From positions 32,001-96,000 of the forward strand of contig CAVTNR010000012.1 of the NCBI GenBank assembly GCA_963736115.1: a stretch of 64,000 nt of DNA, given 5' to 3'. The position numbers were made by a program, and so were the translations under genes. Of this stretch, positions 19,877 through 27,924 are shown piece by piece. This DNA is from an uncultured bacterium. GTDB taxonomy: Bacteria; Zhuqueibacterota; QNDG01; DTFT01. Under the pieces are notes generated by a model that was given only the letters and a program-made list of their open reading frames with translations, had not been told where the DNA came from and did not search any database. Each line of letters begins with the position of its first letter. Position 1 is the stretch's first letter.

Positions 19877-19981
19877 ATGGCCGGCAAGCTCTGTCCCAAG
19901 ATCATTCTCGAAGGAACCCGTCTCACGCACAAAACCGACCTGGCATTCCGCCTGAACGAGCATCCCCGCGTGGTCGGGCCA
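19877..19981 (+). pseudogene. 5' fragment of a P-loop (NMP-kinase-like) gene, in frame with the downstream GT2
   Basis: MAGKLCPKIILEGTRLTHKT resembles a kinase P-loop start, has its own RBS and a TTGACG promoter-like hexamer at 19821, and is unrelated to GT2 N-termini. Confidence 0.5.
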
Positions 19982-20023
19982 ATCGCCTCACTTCGATCCG
20001 AATCAATTACAGCCGATAAAAAC

Positions 20024-20743
20024 ATGATCGACCTCTCCATTATCATCCCCGTCTGGAACGAGCGCGGGAAAATCGGACGGGACATCGAAGCCGCGGCCGA
20101 TTTCTTCAGGCGTGGACGGATTACGGGTGAACTGATCATATCGGACGACGGCAGTACGGACGGCACCGCGGACGCGGCCGAATGCGCAGGCCGTTCCGCA
20201 GGTGTACGGATGAAGGTTCTCCGGCTGCCGCATCGCGGGAAGGGAAACGCCGTACGCTCCGGCATGCTCGCCTCGACCGGACACGTCGCTGGTTTTATGG
20301 ACAGCGGACTGTGCATCCCGTTTGAGGACGCGTGGAAAGGCATCGGGTGGATATTATCCGGGAAATGCGAACTTGCGCATGCGTCCAGAAGACTACGGGA
20401 GAGCGTCATCATCCACCCCGGCAGGAAAAGCCGCAGGCTCGCGTCCGCCTTGTTCGGGTCAGCGGCAGGACTGCTCTTCGACATTCCAACCGGCCTGACC
20501 GACACCCAGGCGGGATGCAAGTTCTATAGGGGCGATACCGGCCGCGCATTATACACAACCTGCCGTTCGAACGGCTTTATGTTCGACCTGGAAATACTGG
20601 TCATGGCCAAAAGAGCCGGTTACCGGGTTCTCGAATTTCCGGTTCATTGGACTTCGGATCCAGACAGCCGGCTGTCCCTTGTCCGTTCCTTACCAAACCT
20701 TGTTTCTGAAAGTATTGCGCTCATAAGAAGGACAGGGAAATGA
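20024..20743 (+). CDS. Glycosyltransferase family 2 (dolichyl-phosphate glucosyltransferase-like)
   Basis: LSIIIPVWNE, SDDGSTDGT, HRGKGNAVRSG, DTQAGCKF, GFMFDLEIL. Confidence 0.88.
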   Translation: MIDLSIIIPVWNERGKIGRDIEAAADFFRRGRITGELIISDDGSTDGTADAAECAGRSAGVRMKVLRLPHRGKGNAVRSGMLASTGHVAGFMDSGLCIPFEDAWKGIGWILSGKCELAHASRRLRESVIIHPGRKSRRLASALFGSAAGLLFDIPTGLTDTQAGCKFYRGDTGRALYTTCRSNGFMFDLEILVMAKRAGYRVLEFPVHWTSDPDSRLSLVRSLPNLVSESIALIRRTGK

Positions 20744-20746
20744 AAT

Positions 20747-20798
20747 GTTCCGAGTTCCGAGTTCCGAGTTCCGAGTTCCGAGTTCCGAGTTCCGAGTT
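20747..20798 (+). repeat. Perfect heptamer tandem repeat (GTTCCGA)x7
   Basis: Seven exact copies starting 4 bp after the GT2 stop. Confidence 0.95.
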
Positions 20799-20974
20799 GG
20801 AAATCTGATAACCCGGACCGAAGGCTTGATCCGGGCGTAGCTCCCAGAAACTCCACCCGGATAATGCATTGTTTTTATTTAAAATGGCAGAAGCGTGTCG
20901 CGCTTTTAATGTAGTGTATGAATCGCATAGGACACCAGCCATTAACTGTTCCAATTACACTTAAAATAATGATA

Positions 20975-21020
20975 AAATAAAGAAAGGCTCCGATAGGGTA
21001 ATAACCTACTGGAGCCTTCC
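20975..21020 (-). terminator. Intrinsic terminator after the acetylesterase
   Basis: On the minus strand, GGCTCCAGTAGG...CCTATCGGAGCC stem followed by a T-rich tract. Confidence 0.65.
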
Positions 21021-21035
21021 TGATTTACAAGTCGT

Positions 21036-21776
21036 TTATTTTAAATATTTTACAATATCCAGGTTCAATTCCTTCAGCCCCTCCGCCGCCAGCCTGGCCA
21101 TCTCCATTGCACCCTTTTTCGTAAAATGCGTATTGTCTTGTTTTCCTTCTGGATACATCTCATAAACACCTTGACTCACCCACAGGTACAACTCCTTGGA
21201 CTTTTCCGGACCGAGGGACAATACGAGATCTTCTGACTTGAGCTGCATGTCCACAAATGGCACATCCAGCTCCCTGGCCACCTCCCTCATGACAAACGGG
21301 TATGCTCCATGCGCATCCTCGAGGGTTCCGCTTTCGTTGAATTTTCTCCGCACAATGGGCGAAAAAAGAACGGGATTCGCGCCTTTCCGGCGGGATTCGG
21401 TCACGTACCGGATCAGGTTCCGCCTGTAACCGGTGTATGGATTCGTGTACCGGGTGGAATCCGTGATTTTTGCGTCATTATGCCCGAACTGAATGAAGAC
21501 ATAGTCGCCTTTTTTCAGATGGACGAGTACGGAATCCCAACGGCCTTCGCGGATGAAGCTCTTCGTGCTGCGTCCGTTGACCGCATGGTTGCGGACATCC
21601 ACCCGCTCCGAGAAGAATGCCGGAAGCATCTGACCCCATCCCCTTTCAGGATTATTACCGGGGTCCGGCTTGTCCGCCATAGTCGAATCGCCGATCAGGT
21701 GGATGGCGATGCGCCCGCTGGGCCCGGAGGCGGCGAATACCGGAAGGAGCAGAAACAGGACAGCGTATTTTTTCAT
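21036..21776 (-). CDS. Rhamnogalacturonan acetylesterase (CE12-type, SGNH/GDSL)
   Basis: IGDSTMA, GWGQ, NHAVNGRSTKSF, QFGHND, DNTHF; signal peptide. Confidence 0.9.
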   Translation of the reverse strand: MKKYAVLFLLLPVFAASGPSGRIAIHLIGDSTMADKPDPGNNPERGWGQMLPAFFSERVDVRNHAVNGRSTKSFIREGRWDSVLVHLKKGDYVFIQFGHNDAKITDSTRYTNPYTGYRRNLIRYVTESRRKGANPVLFSPIVRRKFNESGTLEDAHGAYPFVMREVARELDVPFVDMQLKSEDLVLSLGPEKSKELYLWVSQGVYEMYPEGKQDNTHFTKKGAMEMARLAAEGLKELNLDIVKYLK

Positions 21777-21809
21777 GTTGAAGACCTCTTGATGATGCAT
21801 TCTGTAATT

Positions 21810-21847
21810 AAAAAAAAACAGCCTGCCCGCTTTTGACGGACAGGCTG
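21810..21847 (-). terminator. Intrinsic terminator after the repeat-protein gene
   Basis: CAGCCTG...CAGGCTG stem with A9 on the + strand (T9 on the minus strand). Confidence 0.7.
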
Positions 21848-21911
21848 CTTTCGATGCTTCAAGATGCAACTTCTATCAGGAGAGGAACCTGATAGTCACG
21901 CAAGCCGGGCA

Positions 21912-24900
21912 TTACTTCATCAGCACGGCTTTTTTCACGCTCGTGAATTCGCCCGCCTTCAGCCGGATGATGTACGTGCCGGAGGAAAGCTTCGACGCGT
22001 CGAACACGACTTTATGCACGCCGGCGCCGAACTTGCCGATGGCCAGTTCCGCGGCCACCCGTCCCGCCATGTCGTACACGATCAGGCTGACTTCGCTGCT
22101 CTTGGGCAGTGCGAACGAAATCGTGGTGGTCGGGTTGAACGGGTTCGGGTAGTTCTGCACCATGGCGTAGGTCTTCGGAACCGAGCCGGCCGAGGGTTCC
22201 ATCTCGACTGCCGTCACCCAATCCGGAAGCGCGATGGGATCGCCCATGTCGACCTGAATGTCGCGCAGGGCCATTCCCGTGGTCGTCCCGTTGTTGACGC
22301 CGAAGGCCACGCAGTTGAAGAGCTCCGTGGTGACCGGGCTGTGGGAGTCAATGTTCTTGGACACGAACATATAACTGCTGTCCGCATTGACCACACTGAC
22401 CCGCACCTCGACGGTGCCGTCCGCCTGGGGCTGTACCGAGAGGGCGAAATCATAAACGCCCGCACCCGCCACCGCGCCCGCGGGAACCTGCGCCGCGCTG
22501 CCGAGCACATAGTCATTGGCGCCGTTGGTGCTGATCCACGGACGGTCGACGACCGCGCCGATCGTTCCGGACAGACCGATGCCCTGCCATGCCACAGTCG
22601 TGTTGGTTCCGCTCGGGGGCAGGAAGAGGTAACCGGAATGATGATTCTCGGTTCCCGTCCACTTCGTCTCCTCGGCCGGTGTCGCGTCCACCTGTCCCGC
22701 GCTGTCGCTGTGGAACACGCCGAAACGCAGGCTCGCCCAGCTTTCGAAACCGCCGCCCGTGAATTCCATCTTGCCGGTGACGATGAGCGCCTTTTCAACC
22801 GTGGGCGTCACCGGTTCCGGGAATCCGCCGCGCAGAACGGCCCAGCCCGTCGCCGGAGCCGTGCCCGAAATGGTGGCATTTCCCTCGAAGTCCTCGGGAA
22901 TGAACGTGAATCCGCCCGTGCGGTCGCCGATGAAACCCCACTGACTGACATAGAAGGGCTCCCACGGGGCCGTCGGAACGACGAACGGTTCGCCCATGTC
23001 CACCTGGACTGCGTAAAAATTGACCTGGGTGGCTCCCTGGTCGGTGTTGAAACCGAACGAAACAGCGTTGAACTTCTTCGTCACGGCGGACGTGTCGATC
23101 ACCGTGCCGCCGTACCAGTACTTGTTGTCCTGCTCCACCATGTACCAGCGGAGCTCGTTGGTTCCGTCATCCAGCGGCTGGACGCAGATACCCCAGTTGT
23201 AGAGGCCCGCCACCATCTCCGCGTTGCGCGGAGCCTGGTAGGTGGTTCCGAAAGCCGGGCCGCCATTGGAGTTCGTGCTGTTCCAGTTGCCGTTTTTCAC
23301 GATGCCCTCGGTGCCCACGCCCCAGGCGCCGTTCGAAACGATGCCCGTGCCGCTCCTCGGACAGAACTCGTAGCCGAAATGCTTGGTCAGAACGGCATCC
23401 TTCCACTTCGCGGAGTCCGTGTACTGATATTGAAGCGTGGTGCTGTCCTGATAGGTCAGTGAGTACCGGAAATGCGTGTATCCGGCTCCGCCGCCGCCGC
23501 CCACCAGCTCCATCTGGCCGGTGACGATGAACGCCTTCGAGGTGGTCGCCTCGACCGCGTCAAATCCGCCGCGGATCGAGGACCAGCCCGTCGGACGCGC
23601 GCCGTTGCCGATGCCCGCGTCTCCGTCCAGATACGTCGCGTCGTTCATGATCGGCCAGTTCACGGCGTTCGGGTTCTTGCCCCACTGATTCACGTAGAAG
23701 GGCTCCCACGGCGCTTCCGGAACCGTGATCGGTTCGCCCATGTCCACCTGCACCGCGTAGAAATTGACCTGGGTGGCGTTCTGGTCGCTGTTGAATCCGA
23801 ACGAAACGGCGTTGAACTTCGCCGTCACCGCGGTCGTGTCGATCATCGTGCCGCCGTACCAGTACTTGTTGCCTGTTTCAACCATGTACCAGCGGATCTC
23901 ATTGCCCCCGCCGGCCAGCGGCTGAACCGACATCGCCCAGTTGTAAACGCCCGCCACCATCTCCGCATTGCGCGGAGCCTGGTAGGTCGTCGAAAGGGCC
24001 GGCCCGCCGTTGGAGTTCGTGCTGTTCCAGTTGCCGTTCTTCAGAATGCCCTCGGTGCCCACGCCCCAGGCGCCGTTCGATACGGTGCCCGTGCCGCTCC
24101 TCGGACAGAACTCGTAGCCGAAATGCTTCGTCAATACGGCATCCTTCCACTTCGCGGAGTCCGTATTCTGATACTGAAGCGTGGTGCTGTCGATGTAGGA
24201 CAGCGCGTACCGCAGATGCGTGTACCCTGATTCGCCGCCGCCGCCCACCAGCTCCATCTGGCCGGTGACGATGAACGCCTTCGACAGCGTCGCCTCGACC
24301 GCGTCGAATCCGCCGCGGATCGAGGACCAGCCGGTCGGCTTAACGCCGTTCCCGATGCCCGCGTCGCCGTCGAGGAACGTCGCGTCGTTCAGAATCGGCC
24401 AGTTCACGGCGTTCGGGTTCTTGCCCCACTGATTCACGTAGAAGGGCTCCCACGGCGCTTCCGGAACCGTGATCGGTTCGCCGAGCGCAACCTGGACGTC
24501 ATTGAAATTGACCTGGGTGGCGTTCTGATCGTTGTTGAATCCGAACGAAACGGCATTGAACCTCGCCGTCACCGCGGTCGTGTCGATCATCGTGCCGCCG
24601 TACCAGTACTTGTTGCCTGTTTCAACCATGTACCAGCGGATCTCATTGCCACCGCCGGCCAGCGGCTGAACCGACATCGCCCAGTTGTAAACACCCGCCA
24701 CCATCTCCGCATTGCGCGGAGCCTGGTAGGTTGTCGAAAGGGCCGGGCCGCCGTTGGAGTTCGTGCTGTTCCAGTTGCCGTTCTTCACGATGCCCTCGGT
24801 GCCCACGCCCCAGGCGCCGTTCGATACGGTGCCCGTGCCGCTCCTCGGACAGAACTCGTAGCCGAAATGCTTCAGAACGCCGGTTTCCACCCACTTCGCG

Positions 24901-25742
24901 GTGTCCGTGTTCTGATGGGTCAGCGCGGTGCTGTCGATGAAGGACAGCGCATAGCGCAGATGCGTGTAGCCTGATTCGCCGCCGCCGCCCACCAGCTCCA
25001 TCTGGCCGGTGATGACGAACGCCTGATCCTCGCTCGCAGTTAACGGCGCGAATCCGCCGCGGATCGAAGACCAGCCGGTCGGCTTAACGCCGTTGCCGAT
25101 GCCCGCGTCTCCGGCCTGGGTCGCGGCCGTGTTCAGAATCGGCCACGCCATCGCGTTGCCGTTCTTGCCCCATTGCGACACGAAATTGGCCGCCGCAGGC
25201 CTCGACACCGCGATGTCATCGATGTAAACCGTCGGTGTGGCTGCTTCATTGCCAGCCTTGAAAAGAATCTGGATGCCGATGCGATCGAGGGGAAGGGCCA
25301 CATCGGTTTCCACGGTCTTGGCAAGCGCGGTCCACGCGTCCCCCGTCAGATCCGAGCCGTTGATCCAGATGCTGTTCCAGGTCCAGCTTGCCCCGGTCTG
25401 CCAGAAGAGCTGAACGCCGTTGACCTTGTCCTTGTCGGCCGCGGAGACCCAGATCTGGAAACTGAACTGGTCACCCTTCTGAAAATCCTCATAGACGTCG
25501 TTCTGCAGATTGATCTCCAGGCCGCTGGCGGGCTTCGTCAGTTTCACCGACTGCGCCCCGACCGCGGCTTTTTCAGCGGTCAGCGCGATGGCCGAACCGT
25601 CTCCGCCCACGCCCCAATCCTCCAGGGCGGATTCGAAGCCCCACGTCTTCACGGGCGTCATCGTCTGCGCCTGTGCCGCAATCCCGCCCAACAGCAGGAA
25701 CGCGGCGACAACAGCGATCCACCCCATTGCTGTTTTTCTCAT
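21912..25742 (-). CDS. Large T9SS-type secreted protein: CBM-like domain, four ~248-aa repeats, CTD
   Basis: Signal peptide; beta-sandwich ending VYIDDI; repeats starting V(S/N)QWG; NYPNPFNPTT...KKAVLMK. Confidence 0.88.
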   Translation of the reverse strand: MRKTAMGWIAVVAAFLLLGGIAAQAQTMTPVKTWGFESALEDWGVGGDGSAIALTAEKAAVGAQSVKLTKPASGLEINLQNDVYEDFQKGDQFSFQIWVSAADKDKVNGVQLFWQTGASWTWNSIWINGSDLTGDAWTALAKTVETDVALPLDRIGIQILFKAGNEAATPTVYIDDIAVSRPAAANFVSQWGKNGNAMAWPILNTAATQAGDAGIGNGVKPTGWSSIRGGFAPLTASEDQAFVITGQMELVGGGGESGYTHLRYALSFIDSTALTHQNTDTAKWVETGVLKHFGYEFCPRSGTGTVSNGAWGVGTEGIVKNGNWNSTNSNGGPALSTTYQAPRNAEMVAGVYNWAMSVQPLAGGGNEIRWYMVETGNKYWYGGTMIDTTAVTARFNAVSFGFNNDQNATQVNFNDVQVALGEPITVPEAPWEPFYVNQWGKNPNAVNWPILNDATFLDGDAGIGNGVKPTGWSSIRGGFDAVEATLSKAFIVTGQMELVGGGGESGYTHLRYALSYIDSTTLQYQNTDSAKWKDAVLTKHFGYEFCPRSGTGTVSNGAWGVGTEGILKNGNWNSTNSNGGPALSTTYQAPRNAEMVAGVYNWAMSVQPLAGGGNEIRWYMVETGNKYWYGGTMIDTTAVTAKFNAVSFGFNSDQNATQVNFYAVQVDMGEPITVPEAPWEPFYVNQWGKNPNAVNWPIMNDATYLDGDAGIGNGARPTGWSSIRGGFDAVEATTSKAFIVTGQMELVGGGGGAGYTHFRYSLTYQDSTTLQYQYTDSAKWKDAVLTKHFGYEFCPRSGTGIVSNGAWGVGTEGIVKNGNWNSTNSNGGPAFGTTYQAPRNAEMVAGLYNWGICVQPLDDGTNELRWYMVEQDNKYWYGGTVIDTSAVTKKFNAVSFGFNTDQGATQVNFYAVQVDMGEPFVVPTAPWEPFYVSQWGFIGDRTGGFTFIPEDFEGNATISGTAPATGWAVLRGGFPEPVTPTVEKALIVTGKMEFTGGGFESWASLRFGVFHSDSAGQVDATPAEETKWTGTENHHSGYLFLPPSGTNTTVAWQGIGLSGTIGAVVDRPWISTNGANDYVLGSAAQVPAGAVAGAGVYDFALSVQPQADGTVEVRVSVVNADSSYMFVSKNIDSHSPVTTELFNCVAFGVNNGTTTGMALRDIQVDMGDPIALPDWVTAVEMEPSAGSVPKTYAMVQNYPNPFNPTTTISFALPKSSEVSLIVYDMAGRVAAELAIGKFGAGVHKVVFDASKLSSGTYIIRLKAGEFTSVKKAVLMK
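22230..25190 (-). repeat. Intragenic tandem repeat, 744-bp period (three near-identical units plus one diverged)
   Basis: The anchor GAAGGGCTCCCACGG recurs at 22953, 23697 and 24441, exactly 744 bp apart. Confidence 0.92.
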
Positions 25743-25866
25743 CTTCCCACTCCTTTCCTCTGAATCAGATGTACGTCAAAGCAGGAAATCCAAAACGGAT
25801 ACGGCTGAACCGGGATCACCTCCTCTCCTGTCGTATCAGTGAATGGTTTCTGCTGTTAATCCTTCC

Positions 25867-25949
25867 GCGAAAAAACCGCTCATCCCGTCCCGGCCGGGGT
25901 CTTTCCGAAAGCCACCGAAGCCGGGAAGGGATGAAGCGAAAAAACCGCT
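25867..25949 (-). terminator. Long stem-loop flanked by a 14-bp direct repeat
   Basis: GCGAAAAAACCGCT at 25867 and 25936, enclosing a CATCCCGTCCCGGC...GCCGGGAAGGGATG stem. Confidence 0.55.
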
Positions 25950-27816
25950 ATTTCATAAGTACAAGCTTGCGCGTGATCGAAACATCCCCGGACTGCAATT
26001 TATAGAAGTACACGCCGCCGGCCAGCCCAGATCCGTCGAATGTGGCCGCATACTTGCCGGCCTGCCGGATTCCGTCGAACAGAACGGCGATCTCCTGCCC
26101 GAGCGAGTTGAACACCTTCAATGACACGTGACCGGCCGACGGGACCGAATACGCGATCCGCGTCACGGGATTGAACGGGTTGGGATAATTCTGGTTCAGA
26201 CTGAAGTCGCCGGGTTTCCGGCTGTCGGGTCTGTCCTTGACCGCGGTGATACCGTTTTCCAGCCAGTTTGCGATCTGCGTCCGCTCCGCGTCCGCCTGGG
26301 CCAGCCACGCGGTGTAATGATCCGTGGCGCCTTCCCGGACGGCCGGGTTCCACCAGTGGTAGAGGTCGCCGAGCGGGAATCCGCTCATGCCCGCGGCCTT
26401 GAGGGTCTCGTTCGTATAGGCCAGATTCTCCGGCAGCGGCCACTGGTGCGCGAATCCGGCTTCGGGCATGTACGCCCACATGGAATCCAGGTTGGTGTCC
26501 CATTTTTCCGCGAGGAAGTACTTGAGCGGCTCCAGATTCAGCGGAGCCGTGATGAATCCGGGATCGATCGCGTCTCTCAGCACGGTGACGTCGTACAGAT
26601 CCCTCTTGTTGATGAAGGGGAACGCCTTCGCCGTTCCACCGCCCTCGAGGGCGACGGTTGAATCAAAAAATGAGGTCGTCACGCTGTCCATCATCGCGCG
26701 CGGGTAGGGGATGGACGAGAAATCACGCGCCTTGTACAGGGCGACGCTGTAGGGATTTCCCTTGGAGGTGATTCCGGGATCCGGCCGCCAAGCGGTGTTT
26801 CCGTAATTCTTCTCCCAGCCGCCCCGCATCCAGTCGACCAGCCAGGTGTCTATGTAGTAGGCGCTGTGCGTGAACAGGATGCGACGGTCCTGATCCGTGA
26901 ACGGAACTTCAAACGCGATCGAATCCGCGGGTGTGAGGATCACCGTGGCGCCGGCATCGCCCTGCGCCGGAATGTACCCCAGCATATAGGCGTTCACGAA
27001 AAGGCAGTTGTTCACGTTGAGCTTGTACCACCAGCCGGCTTCCAGGGAGAACATCACGACATTGTAGAAGGTGCAGTGATTGAAATGAACGTTATCCGAA
27101 TAGTTGTTGGATTCCTGCATCAGCACGTATCCCATATTCGAAAACGTGCAGTTTTCGAAGGAGATATTGTCCGTGTGATAGCCCGGAACGTCGAACGGGA
27201 AGGAAACGGCCCTTCCGTAGTACATGTAATGCCGGTCCACGCAGTTCCGGAACCAGCAGTTTTTGAAACTGCCGTTGAACCGCTTGCTCCTGATACAGAC
27301 CGACCCGGAGGCGGTCACGGCCGGACAGGGCATCCATTCGAAAATGCAGTTTTCGAAAGTGCCGTACTGGGGGACGAGCCCGTCCACATCGCCGTCGAAC
27401 ACGATCGGCGTGCCGGTCTGAATGCCCGCGGCGTCCGCGAACCGGATCCAGATGTTTTTCATGATCAGGTCGCCGAAAACATCGATGAAGAAGTTCTTTG
27501 TCACGCTGGTGCTGGCCGTCCACAGGATCTGGGGCGGGGCGGTCTGCTGGGTGTTTCCGGCGGGCGGGGCGACGATTTCGAGGGTCTGGCCCGCGGGCAC
27601 TTCGATGGTGCCGGTCATCACATACCAGTCGTAATGATTCAGCTTGAATACGGTGTTGGACAGGGTGCCGGCATCGATGGCCGCCTGAACCGCCGTGTTC
27701 AGTTCTCCTTCTACTCCGCCGGTATACATGCCCTTGACAGCAACCGTATCCTTCTGGGCGTAAAGGGATACGGACAACAGCATTGCAGATATCAGGGAAA
27801 CGACGATCCGTTTCAT
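25948..27816 (-). CDS. T9SS-type secreted right-handed beta-helix protein
   Basis: Repeated FENCxF/NHCTF/NNCLF rungs, GFPLGDL motif, NYPNPFNPVT CTD. Confidence 0.8.
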   Translation of the reverse strand: MKRIVVSLISAMLLSVSLYAQKDTVAVKGMYTGGVEGELNTAVQAAIDAGTLSNTVFKLNHYDWYVMTGTIEVPAGQTLEIVAPPAGNTQQTAPPQILWTASTSVTKNFFIDVFGDLIMKNIWIRFADAAGIQTGTPIVFDGDVDGLVPQYGTFENCIFEWMPCPAVTASGSVCIRSKRFNGSFKNCWFRNCVDRHYMYYGRAVSFPFDVPGYHTDNISFENCTFSNMGYVLMQESNNYSDNVHFNHCTFYNVVMFSLEAGWWYKLNVNNCLFVNAYMLGYIPAQGDAGATVILTPADSIAFEVPFTDQDRRILFTHSAYYIDTWLVDWMRGGWEKNYGNTAWRPDPGITSKGNPYSVALYKARDFSSIPYPRAMMDSVTTSFFDSTVALEGGGTAKAFPFINKRDLYDVTVLRDAIDPGFITAPLNLEPLKYFLAEKWDTNLDSMWAYMPEAGFAHQWPLPENLAYTNETLKAAGMSGFPLGDLYHWWNPAVREGATDHYTAWLAQADAERTQIANWLENGITAVKDRPDSRKPGDFSLNQNYPNPFNPVTRIAYSVPSAGHVSLKVFNSLGQEIAVLFDGIRQAGKYAATFDGSGLAGGVYFYKLQSGDVSITRKLVLMK

Positions 27817-27924
27817 GATTCTGCCTCCTTCGTGGTTAATGAGTGTAATTGATTTTTATTTTCAATTGCCAGCCGCCGCCGGACCGACGGCCCGCCGGAT
27901 GCCTCACTCCGGACGGAACCCGGC

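Noticed and set aside
20747-20798. Possible CRISPR array
   Set aside because: 7-bp units with no spacers and no cas genes.
22230-25190. Possible diversity-generating retroelement TR/VR pair
   Set aside because: The repeats are in-frame whole-domain duplications, I saw no adenine-specific pattern in the differences, and no reverse transcriptase is in the window.
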